Positions 9,437 to 18,972 of a stretch of 64,000 nt of DNA are shown here, piece by piece; within the stretch, counting starts at the first letter, position 1; each line of letters opens with the position of its first letter. Under the pieces are notes generated by a model. The model saw only the letters and a list, made by a program, of their open reading frames with translations. It had not been told where the DNA came from and searched no databases. The stretch spans positions 32,001-96,000 of IMG/VR virus record IMGVR_UViG_3300008954_000002; one strand, given 5' to 3'. The stretch is from a virus. Both the position numbers and the translations under genes were made by a program.

Positions 9437-11209
9437 TTGTTCACAATTAGAAGAAGTATGACTCTATTACCACTACAGGTCGTCTCATTTGAAGAAGGAG
9501 TTCCTATTCCAAACAATATCTTCAATTTTAAGATGACAAAAAGCCAAATAGAGTCTTTTGAAGTTGAGCCTGTTGAACTGCAGGATTCAACTACTATAGA
9601 ACATGCTTTCCTATTGGGAATTTCTGTACTAGATAGTTTAAATCTAAATCTTACTACTTCTGCTGAAGAGCTAGTAGAAACTATTACATTTGTAGGCACT
9701 CTATGTGAACTTATAAAAGTTTCTGAATCAGACGAATATATATATAATGTTGAATGCTTAGTTTATGCTAGAGCAAATTTAGATACAATAGATGGTACAC
9801 AAAACCCACTTAAGTGTGGAGTACATATAATAGACGACATACTTCTTCCTGGTGAAGAAGAGCTACTTACTGATATGCGGTCACTTATTAAACTGCTTTT
9901 AGTTAATGAAAATGTTTTGTCTATAGAAATAACAAAACAAATAGCTATTACCAATGACATACTAATTATATCAAATATATTAGCTACGTCTCTAAATCTT
10001 AGCAATAAAGACAAACTAAGATATCTACAATCAAATGATACTCTAGATCGATTTACAATCGTTCTTCAAAACCTTATAAGAACTTTAGACAAAACTTCTT
10101 CTCAAGGATCATCTATTGGGAAACTAATAGATCCCTTCTCTTTGGAAACAAGTAAACCTAAAAAAACTTCTAGATCTAAGCGCAAGCCAGTAACTTCTTC
10201 TTTAGAAGATAAGCTTAAGCTAGTTAAAAATGCACCCCAAGAAGTACTAGACAAAGTACAAAGAGAAACCAGTAGGCTATCATCGTTGCCCACTGGCTCA
10301 TTAGAATATCAAACATTATATGAATATCTTACTTGGGTATCTGAAATTCCATGGGGAGTCACTACAAATAAACAAGTAGAACTTACTACCTTGATTGATG
10401 AACTAAGCAAAACTCATTACGGATTAGATGATGCTAAAGAACATATTCTTGAGTATCTAACTATCGAGCATATAACCGGGAGTACAAAAGGCACAGTAAT
10501 GTGTTTTGCAGGACCTCCTGGTACTGGAAAAACAACCTTAGCTAAGCAAATTGCTCATGCTTGTAATAGAAAGCTAATACGCATTGCATTAGGTGGCCTA
10601 TCTGATGAATCAGAACTTAGAGGACACCGCAAAACTTATGTATCTGCATACCCAGGTCGCTTAGCTAAGGGACTCAAGGATGCCAAGGCAATGGATCCAC
10701 TGTTCTTGTTGGATGAAGTAGATAAGCTAGATATGAAGAGAGGAGATCCTACAGCTGCCCTACTGGAAATATTAGATCCAGAACAAAATGACGCTTTTAT
10801 AGATAGATATCTAGAACTACCTGTAGATCTTTCAAAAGCTATGTTTATATGCACAGCTAACTATCTTGATATGGTTCCTGAACCACTACTCGATAGATTC
10901 GAAATAATTGAGTTTAGAGAGTATACGCTAGAAGAAAGAGAAATAATCCTACAATCTTTTATGGTAGATAAATGGATAAGAGAATACGGATTGGCTGACT
11001 TTGATATTACTATCCAAGAAGAAGCATACCCAGTATTCTGCCAACCTACTGGCGTAAGAAATATAGAGAGAACACTTAAAAAACTACTACGAAAGGCAGC
11101 AGTTTCTATTGTAGTCAATCACGAAGACAAAGTTATTATCACAGCAGAAGATGTTGAAAAAGTATCTAAACAACAATCTAAAACTAAAATAGGTTTCTCA
11201 GCAGGTTAA
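9437..11209 (+). CDS. Lon-type AAA+ ATPase lacking the protease domain
   Basis: Lon N-domain-like region; HYGL...KE.ILEY; GPPGTGKT; ELRGHRKTY; LLDEVDK; ALLEILDPEQN; FICTAN; GVRNIER; stops at KTKIGFSAG with no Ser-Lys protease domain. Confidence 0.88.
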   Translation: MFTIRRSMTLLPLQVVSFEEGVPIPNNIFNFKMTKSQIESFEVEPVELQDSTTIEHAFLLGISVLDSLNLNLTTSAEELVETITFVGTLCELIKVSESDEYIYNVECLVYARANLDTIDGTQNPLKCGVHIIDDILLPGEEELLTDMRSLIKLLLVNENVLSIEITKQIAITNDILIISNILATSLNLSNKDKLRYLQSNDTLDRFTIVLQNLIRTLDKTSSQGSSIGKLIDPFSLETSKPKKTSRSKRKPVTSSLEDKLKLVKNAPQEVLDKVQRETSRLSSLPTGSLEYQTLYEYLTWVSEIPWGVTTNKQVELTTLIDELSKTHYGLDDAKEHILEYLTIEHITGSTKGTVMCFAGPPGTGKTTLAKQIAHACNRKLIRIALGGLSDESELRGHRKTYVSAYPGRLAKGLKDAKAMDPLFLLDEVDKLDMKRGDPTAALLEILDPEQNDAFIDRYLELPVDLSKAMFICTANYLDMVPEPLLDRFEIIEFREYTLEEREIILQSFMVDKWIREYGLADFDITIQEEAYPVFCQPTGVRNIERTLKKLLRKAAVSIVVNHEDKVIITAEDVEKVSKQQSKTKIGFSAG

Positions 11210-11212
11210 CCC

Positions 11213-12064
11213 ATGATAATAAAATCCACTCCAGAAGACGGAGTGGTGCCTCATCGTGAGAACATCCGTGTTATTCATGAAAGCCTACCTATACTGCCAA
11301 TATTAAGCGATCTAGACCCCATATATGCAGGTGGGTATGCTATGGCACTACTCTTTGCTCCTAGAGCTGAAAACGGAACTACTATTCAGTCTAAATACTA
11401 TGGAGATTATGATATTTACTTTAGTAATATCGATACACTTGACGAAGCTCAAGGTAGATTGGCCAGTGTTGATACCGTAAAAAGTTGTTCAGAAACAGAT
11501 AACGCTCACACATATAGTCATCTATCTTCTGATGGAAAATATAATCCTCAATTACAGCTTATTAAGATAGCAACAGGCAATCCTAGTATAATATTAAAAG
11601 AATTTGATTTTATTAATTGCGCAGTTGCTTATACTCCATTGAATCAAAATATCTATTTTCATAAAGACACTATCTCGTTACATCACGATCGTTCTCTTGG
11701 TGTGCTAAAGCCAAGATATATTCCTCCCAGAACTGAAGATGATGTAATTGTACAACTCGCTAGAATACAAAAGTATTGTATGCGTTGGGAATATAGACTA
11801 AGCAATACATTATATGATCTATTAATAGAACTATATAATGAATACCCAAATCTTATAGCAAGACAAGGCCAAGTATATTACAGCACTTTCTCATCTTATC
11901 GAGACACACAAGTTATAGGAACTTGTACAGAGAATATCTGGACAATATTAGCTCCGCTAATACGAGCACATCCCAATTGGATAAACACTCCAGATATACA
12001 TAATATAATTACTAGAGCACCTCTAGAATATAGAATTAACTCTATATTAGAAGCTAGAACCTAG
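11213..12064 (+). CDS. Pol-beta superfamily nucleotidyltransferase (polyA polymerase/CCA head-like)
   Basis: AGGY...DYDIYF, FDFINCAVA and R.QKY motifs. Confidence 0.65.
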   Translation: MIIKSTPEDGVVPHRENIRVIHESLPILPILSDLDPIYAGGYAMALLFAPRAENGTTIQSKYYGDYDIYFSNIDTLDEAQGRLASVDTVKSCSETDNAHTYSHLSSDGKYNPQLQLIKIATGNPSIILKEFDFINCAVAYTPLNQNIYFHKDTISLHHDRSLGVLKPRYIPPRTEDDVIVQLARIQKYCMRWEYRLSNTLYDLLIELYNEYPNLIARQGQVYYSTFSSYRDTQVIGTCTENIWTILAPLIRAHPNWINTPDIHNIITRAPLEYRINSILEART

Positions 12065-12317
12065 ATCTCTTATTATATAAAAAGATCGTTCTTAAAATAA
12101 TACGATCCTACCCTAAATAAAGGAAACCTTTAATGGAAATTTCACGAGTGCCCCAAAACTTTTACTTTGTAGAACGTGACGGCAGAGTTATGCCTACAGT
12201 CCTAACATCTAGAAAGGAAGCACGTAGCGTAAAAACTAGCCTTGCTTCAAGCTATCAGAGCAGCAGCTTTCGCATTCTACAGAGAGCAGTTGTCTTAGGA
12301 GAGCCAACCCTAGTTAG

Positions 12318-13016
12318 CTAATAAAGCTTAATAGGTATATTTTCAATGGGGACTGCAAGCACTTGACTTGCTTGTGGTCCCCATGTGCCTACGCCTATAG
12401 CTATAGTAATAGCTACTAGCTCTCCTTGCCTATTGTAAATACCACCACCAGAATATCCAGGAGCAGCATAACCATCTATACCATAAAGCACTCCCTCAGG
12501 ATACTCTAATAACCAAGCTGTATGACCTTGACTAACCCATGGATGTTGTCCAAAGGGTACTCCAATTAGTGTTACTGGTTCTCCTATAGCAAGTTGAGAG
12601 CCTTGACTAACTAGTGCTGGAGTTACCCCCTCAGGTATCTCAGTGAGTGGATAGAATGCCCAATCAGTAACTGGGTGTTCATCCGAATCGAAAAGAAAAT
12701 ATCCATCCATGTTGATACAACTTTTGCCCTCTAGATTACATACTCTGATATTGGTGTCTAATACGCCCAAAACAACATGTTCTGCAGTAAGTACAATACT
12801 ACCAAGACTTTCCGTATATATTAAGACTCCAGATCCCGTTGCTCGCCAATCTTTATATATCGGATCAAATTCTTGTATCACTAAAGCATGTTCTATTGCT
12901 TGTGCACTAATTTTTTCAATACTTCGTGTTGGGCCTAAAGACATCGTGTTAGACCATATACAACAAATAGAAAAGGTCAACACTGTAACTAATACGGCTA
13001 GGTTATAGCGAAACAT
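12318..13016 (-). CDS. Trypsin-like serine protease, secreted or membrane-anchored
   Basis: TGSG, LTAEHV, D.A, GYSGGG triad motifs; N-terminal hydrophobic segment. Confidence 0.85.
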   Translation of the reverse strand: MFRYNLAVLVTVLTFSICCIWSNTMSLGPTRSIEKISAQAIEHALVIQEFDPIYKDWRATGSGVLIYTESLGSIVLTAEHVVLGVLDTNIRVCNLEGKSCINMDGYFLFDSDEHPVTDWAFYPLTEIPEGVTPALVSQGSQLAIGEPVTLIGVPFGQHPWVSQGHTAWLLEYPEGVLYGIDGYAAPGYSGGGIYNRQGELVAITIAIGVGTWGPQASQVLAVPIENIPIKLY

Positions 13017-13369
13017 TATAATCTCCTACTAAATACTACCACTCTATAAAACATTAGTATAAAGTAAGAAGACTTACCATTCAAAGGCTATTCAAATATG
13101 TACAACACAGAAACTGCTATTATAAATCCATCTGATCTGTTATATGACTCATCAATAGATGCTTGGTCAGCAGTTACAAAGCAACATACTATTATTGTTA
13201 TAGATAAAGATGATACTTTCTATAAAGTAGAGGGCTGGGCCTCATCTAATATGACAGCTGTACCAGATATGAGCTTTTCAGTAAGAAAAGACTCTTACAC
13301 CCCGCCTGGATCTATAACATTGTCTAATATCATAAATTCTTTTGATCTTTTCATTGAAGAATACAATTA

Positions 13370-13579
13370 ATGAAACTCTATTGTTTAGATTTCGACAACT
13401 GTGGCTTCTACAAAAAATATGAAGAAGATGAAGTTGTACCAAAGAATATATGCCCAGATTGTTACTCTTTAGCAGCAGTATATTCTGATAATTATACTCC
13501 TATATTCATAGATTCAGATCCTAATAAGCAAGAATATTTAGAGTCTCTTTTACAATACTATCTTACAAAAGAGACCTAA
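13370..13579 (+). CDS. Small zinc-ribbon protein
   Basis: C-x5-C ... CPDC. Confidence 0.5.
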   Translation: MKLYCLDFDNCGFYKKYEEDEVVPKNICPDCYSLAAVYSDNYTPIFIDSDPNKQEYLESLLQYYLTKET

Positions 13580-13646
13580 TAAGCGCTCTTACGTGCGCTC
13601 TTTGTATAGCGATAAACTTATTAACCCTAAATAGGATATTCTGATA

Positions 13647-16328
13647 ATGATTCCTATAACTAGAGATGAATTTGCTGTTGTTACAAGAACAATACTTGAA
13701 TATAATCAATGGCAATCACTACTTACTCAAAATGAAATAGAAACAGCATATATACTAGAGAACTATAACCTCTATCTACCTTATCGAAGACCAAGAGAAG
13801 GAGACGATCAGGAAGTGTTGGGCTTTCTAAACACAGAAGCTCCAGATACTCTATTTTGTAGAGTGTCATCTAATTCTGTACGCAAAGCTATGCTTTGTAG
13901 CTATAGAACAAATCCTATAACAGAGCAAAAAGAGCTTGCTTTCCCACTTACAGTTAGCAAAATTAGTAACAATATATATACTACATGCCCTGGAAAGGCA
14001 TATGAATATTTTCAGTCTGAAATAGACATAAATCTTTTTGAAGCAGATATAGTGGAAAGACATAGCAATGATCAAGATATAACTATCAATAATAAAGAGC
14101 TCACTTTAGATCTTATAGATCCTGTGCACTCTAAGCGTGCGTTCTACGCACGTAACAGACGCTACATGGAACTAATTGATTGCTCTCTTCCGATTGATAC
14201 TATTGCACCCTTCTCATTACTTGGTGATATGCCAAACGTAAAGCAAGCCTTTCTAAGTACTACCAATAACAATAGAATACCTGCTATCAAAATTAGCAAC
14301 TTGTATAGAGGCGGCTCTACAGGAGATGCAGTAGCAGAACTAGTTCCTAATGCAAGACCTCAAAAAATAGCTAAAGGTGGACACATCTTTATGTATAAGA
14401 TGTCAGTCTTAGCTATAGATTTTGAAACAACAAGTTGGAAACCTGTCACAATATACAACTTAGGTATCTTTGAACCACGTACAAAAGTTATCAAGTATAA
14501 GCGAAGTAGAACATTTATACCCAAAATAGCTACTGAACTGTTTGATAATGAAGGTCTTAAATACTTTGCTCCTGAAGAGTGGGAAGAGTATATACTTAAG
14601 CAATATGGACATCACACTACATATTGGAACGGTATCACTAGAATATTTCCTAAAGGATTACCGCCTAAAACTAAAGTTATAAATAACATTTTAGATCAGC
14701 ACGAAACTAGTCCAGAAGAATTTAAATATATAACTTATGCCTCTCAGATAGAAAATATTCCAGATGTAGTACAATATAGAAACATCTACTCATCTTATAA
14801 CAATATTGATAATCAGCTAACTGGACTAGTGGCTACTATAAATAATAATGACAGAATAATTAATAGAAATACTCGGGATATTAAATCTTATCGACAAAGC
14901 ATTGAAGAATATGAAAACAATATTCAACAGTTGACTACTGCTAATGAAAAGCATAGCACTTCACTAACTGGATTAGAAGAAGCAAAAACTTCAATACAAG
15001 AAGAATTGGCAGCTGCAGAAGCAAGTTATACTGCTGCTCTTAATAAAAGTATTTTATCTGAGGAAGTCCTTATTCAAGCAGAATCATGGATAAATAATCT
15101 CAGAAATACTGGTATTGTTATCCATAAAATTACTTATTATAATAGCAACACTAATGAAAGCAGAGACTTATCTGAGTCTCCTCAAGTAGCCTTGTTAGCT
15201 AAACAAGACATAGCATGGAATTTGCAGAGTATAAACTTCTCAACTCTTAAACCAGTAGTTATTAAAGTAGACTATGGACGTGATGGTGAGAATTGTAAGA
15301 AGATAGTAGGTGGTCCATATAATGTTGAGCTTACACAAAGCAATCTCAATATCAAACTATCCTCAAGCACAGCCTGTTTTGGTTTAAGTGATAGCTACAT
15401 ATGGGCTCATCCACATACTTCTTCTCAATCTATATGCATATCTACATCTACATCTGATTCAAAAGTAGCTTGGACCAACTTTAAAAGAGCAATTTCTAGG
15501 TGGACATCAGCATGCTTAGGTGAAGCATCACCAGGAATATATAAAGCTTTTGAGAACAATGAACCAAAGACAGCTATTTTTGCAGCAATGACTTGGATAA
15601 CAAATGCTAACTCAAAAGATGCTTGGGGTAAGAACTATAAATATTTTCCTAAACTAGATGCCGTTTCTATAACAGAAAGTAAAAATGAAAATATTATAGA
15701 CAAATTTAATGCTGAGACATTAGTAACTACTGAAGATGGTATGGACATCATTATCGAGGAAATGTTTACTAGGTTAACTAATATAGAAGAAACTAACACC
15801 ATCGACAATTTAGAAGAATATATAGAATCAGTTCCAACCGTAAATGTAAACAGTGGCTGGTCATATGTACACTTTGATGATATTGCTATAGAAAACTATT
15901 TACACAATATAAGACTACACACTAGGACTAGTGAAGGTAATAGAGAAATATCTTTTGCACAAGATATGGAAACTAGTATTATTCTTAGCCATGAAGAAAT
16001 AATAAATTGGCTAATTGATAACATAGACAAATGGAAAGAACTAGTAAATTATCATACTATTTCTACAGAAATAGAACCAGTAGAATCTATCCATGCAAGA
16101 GCATTCAGCAGAACATATGAAAATATGTTTATTATGTATTTTGGTAGTAACCCTTGGCAATATATACCAAATCCTATAGTTATTGAAAATAACACTATCT
16201 ACGATGAGCAAAGATATACCATATTAGATTCTGTTAACTCAGTAGAAAACTATATAAAGAGTTGTTTAGGTATTCCTTCTAACTTGCCTATAGCAACTAC
16301 TAGCTCTAGCTACCAACCATATCGATAA
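13647..16328 (+). CDS. Large coiled-coil protein with a putative prokaryotic E2/UBC-like domain
   Basis: HPH (aa 588-590), CLG (Cys623) and WITNANSKDAWG parallel the E2 HPN..CL..LL..PN.dP pattern; directly upstream of JAB, E1 and Ubl genes. Confidence 0.6.
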   Translation: MIPITRDEFAVVTRTILEYNQWQSLLTQNEIETAYILENYNLYLPYRRPREGDDQEVLGFLNTEAPDTLFCRVSSNSVRKAMLCSYRTNPITEQKELAFPLTVSKISNNIYTTCPGKAYEYFQSEIDINLFEADIVERHSNDQDITINNKELTLDLIDPVHSKRAFYARNRRYMELIDCSLPIDTIAPFSLLGDMPNVKQAFLSTTNNNRIPAIKISNLYRGGSTGDAVAELVPNARPQKIAKGGHIFMYKMSVLAIDFETTSWKPVTIYNLGIFEPRTKVIKYKRSRTFIPKIATELFDNEGLKYFAPEEWEEYILKQYGHHTTYWNGITRIFPKGLPPKTKVINNILDQHETSPEEFKYITYASQIENIPDVVQYRNIYSSYNNIDNQLTGLVATINNNDRIINRNTRDIKSYRQSIEEYENNIQQLTTANEKHSTSLTGLEEAKTSIQEELAAAEASYTAALNKSILSEEVLIQAESWINNLRNTGIVIHKITYYNSNTNESRDLSESPQVALLAKQDIAWNLQSINFSTLKPVVIKVDYGRDGENCKKIVGGPYNVELTQSNLNIKLSSSTACFGLSDSYIWAHPHTSSQSICISTSTSDSKVAWTNFKRAISRWTSACLGEASPGIYKAFENNEPKTAIFAAMTWITNANSKDAWGKNYKYFPKLDAVSITESKNENIIDKFNAETLVTTEDGMDIIIEEMFTRLTNIEETNTIDNLEEYIESVPTVNVNSGWSYVHFDDIAIENYLHNIRLHTRTSEGNREISFAQDMETSIILSHEEIINWLIDNIDKWKELVNYHTISTEIEPVESIHARAFSRTYENMFIMYFGSNPWQYIPNPIVIENNTIYDEQRYTILDSVNSVENYIKSCLGIPSNLPIATTSSSYQPYR

Positions 16329-16392
16329 GGGCAGGGCGGGCTTACACCCGCCATCTACCCAGCGCTTCCACTCTATACCTAATGGATAACTA

Positions 16393-17595
16393 ATGAAAGC
16401 AATAGGGGAACTTACCCTAATAGATAAGAAACCTACAATCCTCGTTAACCACCAAGATCTTGAGGCTATTAGACATATAGTTGCATTAGCACCTCAAGAA
16501 GCACAATGGTTTCATAGAGTAGACAAACTTACTGCAGATAATCATATTTTATATCATATATATGAAATGTATATTCCAGAACAATTCTGTAGTGCTGCAG
16601 AAGTAGATACATCACCTGAAATGATGATGAATTTCTACAAAGAACTACGAGAAGAGCATGGGCAAGAAGATACCAACTCAATCATGAGTAATCTAACTGT
16701 TTGGTGTCATAGCCATCATAATATGGCTGTCAATCCTAGTGGACAAGACACAAAACAATTTAGAGAGCAAATTGATAATGCAATTAAAGCTAAGGTAGAA
16801 GTTCCACAGCTTATGTTCATATTTAACAAGAAGGATCAGTTCTTTTGTAGAGTCTGGGATCCTGAATATAATCTTACTTTTGAAAATCCTAGAATGGTAG
16901 TGGGTACATATGACTTTGATCATTTAACTACACAAGCTAAAGCTAAATTTAAGAAACGCCCTGTAACTAAGCGGAAAGTAGTTAAGACAACTCCTAAACT
17001 ATCTACTTCTACTGGCAGCGTCATAGACTGGAAAAACAGTTATGATTGGGAAGGCTCTTGGAAAGACCCACTAAGAGTTACTCCAATGGCTAAAAAAAAA
17101 GTAGATAATAAAGTAACAGGACTTACTACAGATTTAAGCTTTGACATTGAAGAACAAATTGATGAATTCTTAGCAGCAATTAATGCTTGCAATGGAGCTC
17201 ACTATGAAATCTCAGCCCTACTAACATTAATAGATTCTATCCTGAATGCAGAACAACTATACATACTGCTTGCTCTATTGTCCCTAGAGCATGAGGCTAT
17301 TCGTGAACTTGAGTTCTGTAAATGGCGCACCAATAAAGCAGAACATACAGACACTCTTGCAGAATTATATGATTTGTTCAATGATACAATTATAGCAACT
17401 GAATTAATTGTAACTGGACTAAAAGTAGCTAAAACTATCTCCACTTGTTCATCTGAATCTGAAGTAGAAAACCTATTAGATCTTTGGATAGAATTTTATG
17501 AAGAAATAGATTATGAACCTTACTTCTCTGAAGAAGATGACTCCTTAACTCATATTATGGAAGAAGGACGCAATGCCATCAGTAAGCTTTCTTAG
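16393..17595 (+). CDS. JAB/MPN (JAMM) metallopeptidase with acidic C-terminal extension
   Basis: N-terminal Glu (PQEAQW) plus exact H-x-H-x7-S-x2-D (HSHHNMAVNPSGQD). Confidence 0.85.
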   Translation: MKAIGELTLIDKKPTILVNHQDLEAIRHIVALAPQEAQWFHRVDKLTADNHILYHIYEMYIPEQFCSAAEVDTSPEMMMNFYKELREEHGQEDTNSIMSNLTVWCHSHHNMAVNPSGQDTKQFREQIDNAIKAKVEVPQLMFIFNKKDQFFCRVWDPEYNLTFENPRMVVGTYDFDHLTTQAKAKFKKRPVTKRKVVKTTPKLSTSTGSVIDWKNSYDWEGSWKDPLRVTPMAKKKVDNKVTGLTTDLSFDIEEQIDEFLAAINACNGAHYEISALLTLIDSILNAEQLYILLALLSLEHEAIRELEFCKWRTNKAEHTDTLAELYDLFNDTIIATELIVTGLKVAKTISTCSSESEVENLLDLWIEFYEEIDYEPYFSEEDDSLTHIMEEGRNAISKLS

Positions 17596-18265
17596 ACATG
17601 CAGGCTGGTTTGGTCCAGAAGACGTAACAGAACCTCTTCACATCATAGGAGTAGGAGCAACAGGCAGCTATATTGGACTGATAGCTGCTAAAATGGGATT
17701 CCATAGCTTCAAAATATGGGATCCTGACATAGTTGAAGATCATAATCTGCCAAATCAAATTTATGATGTAGAACATATTGGCGAAAGAAAAGTTATTGCC
17801 TTTCAGAAAGTATTGCAAAGATTCAATCCTATGATTAAGGTTGAAGCTTATGATGAATACTTTGCAAGCGATAGTAAAGACAGTATAGAAGGCCCACTTG
17901 TACTTACCGTAGATACAATGTCTGCCAGAAAAGAAATTTATGATGCTTTTAGACTGAATTGGAAAGTAAAGAATGTATTTGAAACTAGACTAGGCTTTGA
18001 TTACGGCGAAATAAATATTATAAAAAATATGGATTTAGCCGTATTAGAAGAATGGAAAAGTACCCTCAGAGATGATTCAGAAATTCCTGAGGGACCATGT
18101 AATATGCGTATCTGTACTACTTTAGTTAATCTAGCAGCCTCCTTAACAGTGCATAGCATATGCAGTATGCTATCTGCTCAACGACAAAATAGAGAATGGG
18201 AGTATAGTAAAAAGACTATCTTCTCTACTAATCCCCAGTTCTCTTCATACAACATAAGCGAATAG
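17573..18265 (+). CDS. ThiF/MoeB-family E1-like adenylyltransferase
   Basis: IIGVGATGS; DPDIVEDHNLPNQ; KV; VDTMSARKEI; candidate catalytic Cys in EGPC; no CxxC zinc pairs. Confidence 0.92.
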   Translation: MPSVSFLRHAGWFGPEDVTEPLHIIGVGATGSYIGLIAAKMGFHSFKIWDPDIVEDHNLPNQIYDVEHIGERKVIAFQKVLQRFNPMIKVEAYDEYFASDSKDSIEGPLVLTVDTMSARKEIYDAFRLNWKVKNVFETRLGFDYGEINIIKNMDLAVLEEWKSTLRDDSEIPEGPCNMRICTTLVNLAASLTVHSICSMLSAQRQNREWEYSKKTIFSTNPQFSSYNISE

Positions 18266-18275
18266 GAAACATTTA

Positions 18276-18503
18276 ATGCCTAACAATACTAATAATATAA
18301 CACTTGTACTAGTACCTGGCCCTGGAGCATCTTCTGTAGCAATCACAGAAGGAATGACCCTTGCCCAGTTTGCTGCCGAGCACAGTCTAAATGGTCGTCA
18401 ACTTATTGTTGATGGCGAAGGTATCTCACCTGATAATTGGAGCAGCGTTACTCTTAACGCAGCTAGCGAAGTCTTTGCCACCGGTGCAGTAAAGGGTAAC
18501 TAA
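18276..18503 (+). CDS. Ubiquitin-like (beta-grasp, ThiS/MoaD-like) protein
   Basis: 75 aa; strand-strand-helix (ITLVLV / SSVAI / TLAQFAAEH), LIVDGE, terminal strand EVFATGAVKG-N; follows the E1 gene. Confidence 0.8.
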   Translation: MPNNTNNITLVLVPGPGASSVAITEGMTLAQFAAEHSLNGRQLIVDGEGISPDNWSSVTLNAASEVFATGAVKGN

Positions 18504-18542
18504 CTCTTTACTAGCCCTTGAGACTTACCGCTTAAGCGCTCC

Positions 18543-18580
18543 AAAGGGGTCCAAGTATAATAGCTTGGGCCCCTTTCTAT
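18543..18580 (+). terminator. Intrinsic terminator closing the Ubl operon
   Basis: AAAGGGGTCCAAG-loop-CTTGGGCCCCTTT followed by CTATT. Confidence 0.6.
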
Positions 18581-18584
18581 TAAC

Positions 18585-18971
18585 ATGAAAACAATTATAC
18601 AAATAATAGGCTTACCTGCCTCTGGAAAAACAACAGCTGTTAATCGCTATATACAAAAACATAACAATATAGCTTATATAGATATTAGAAATTTCAATGG
18701 TAAGAATAGAATTAAGAACTACACTAAAGCCATTAGTCAATCTAAACATAGTGTACTAGCAGAATCAGCTTGTGGAGTTAAGTTAAGAAATAGTGTTATT
18801 ATACATTGGGATGTACCTATACATATTCTATACTCAAGATACTTGAGAAGAGAACAAGTCTTAGACGAAGACTATCTTTCACTACTCAAAACAGAAATGC
18901 TTCCTGCACAGTACTCAGTTAACGATTATAATGCTTTAGAACAGTTACTTAATACTTTAATAGAGAAATAG
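18585..18971 (+). CDS. Small P-loop NTPase/kinase
   Basis: IIGLPASGKTT Walker A. Confidence 0.7.
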   Translation: MKTIIQIIGLPASGKTTAVNRYIQKHNNIAYIDIRNFNGKNRIKNYTKAISQSKHSVLAESACGVKLRNSVIIHWDVPIHILYSRYLRREQVLDEDYLSLLKTEMLPAQYSVNDYNALEQLLNTLIEK

Positions 18972-18972
18972 T

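Noticed and set aside
17573-18503. ThiF-ThiS pair as thiamine or Moco sulfur relay
   Set aside because: No thiG, moaE or cysteine synthase is adjacent, the Ubl lacks a terminal GG, and JAB and E2-like genes are linked. Considered less likely, not excluded.
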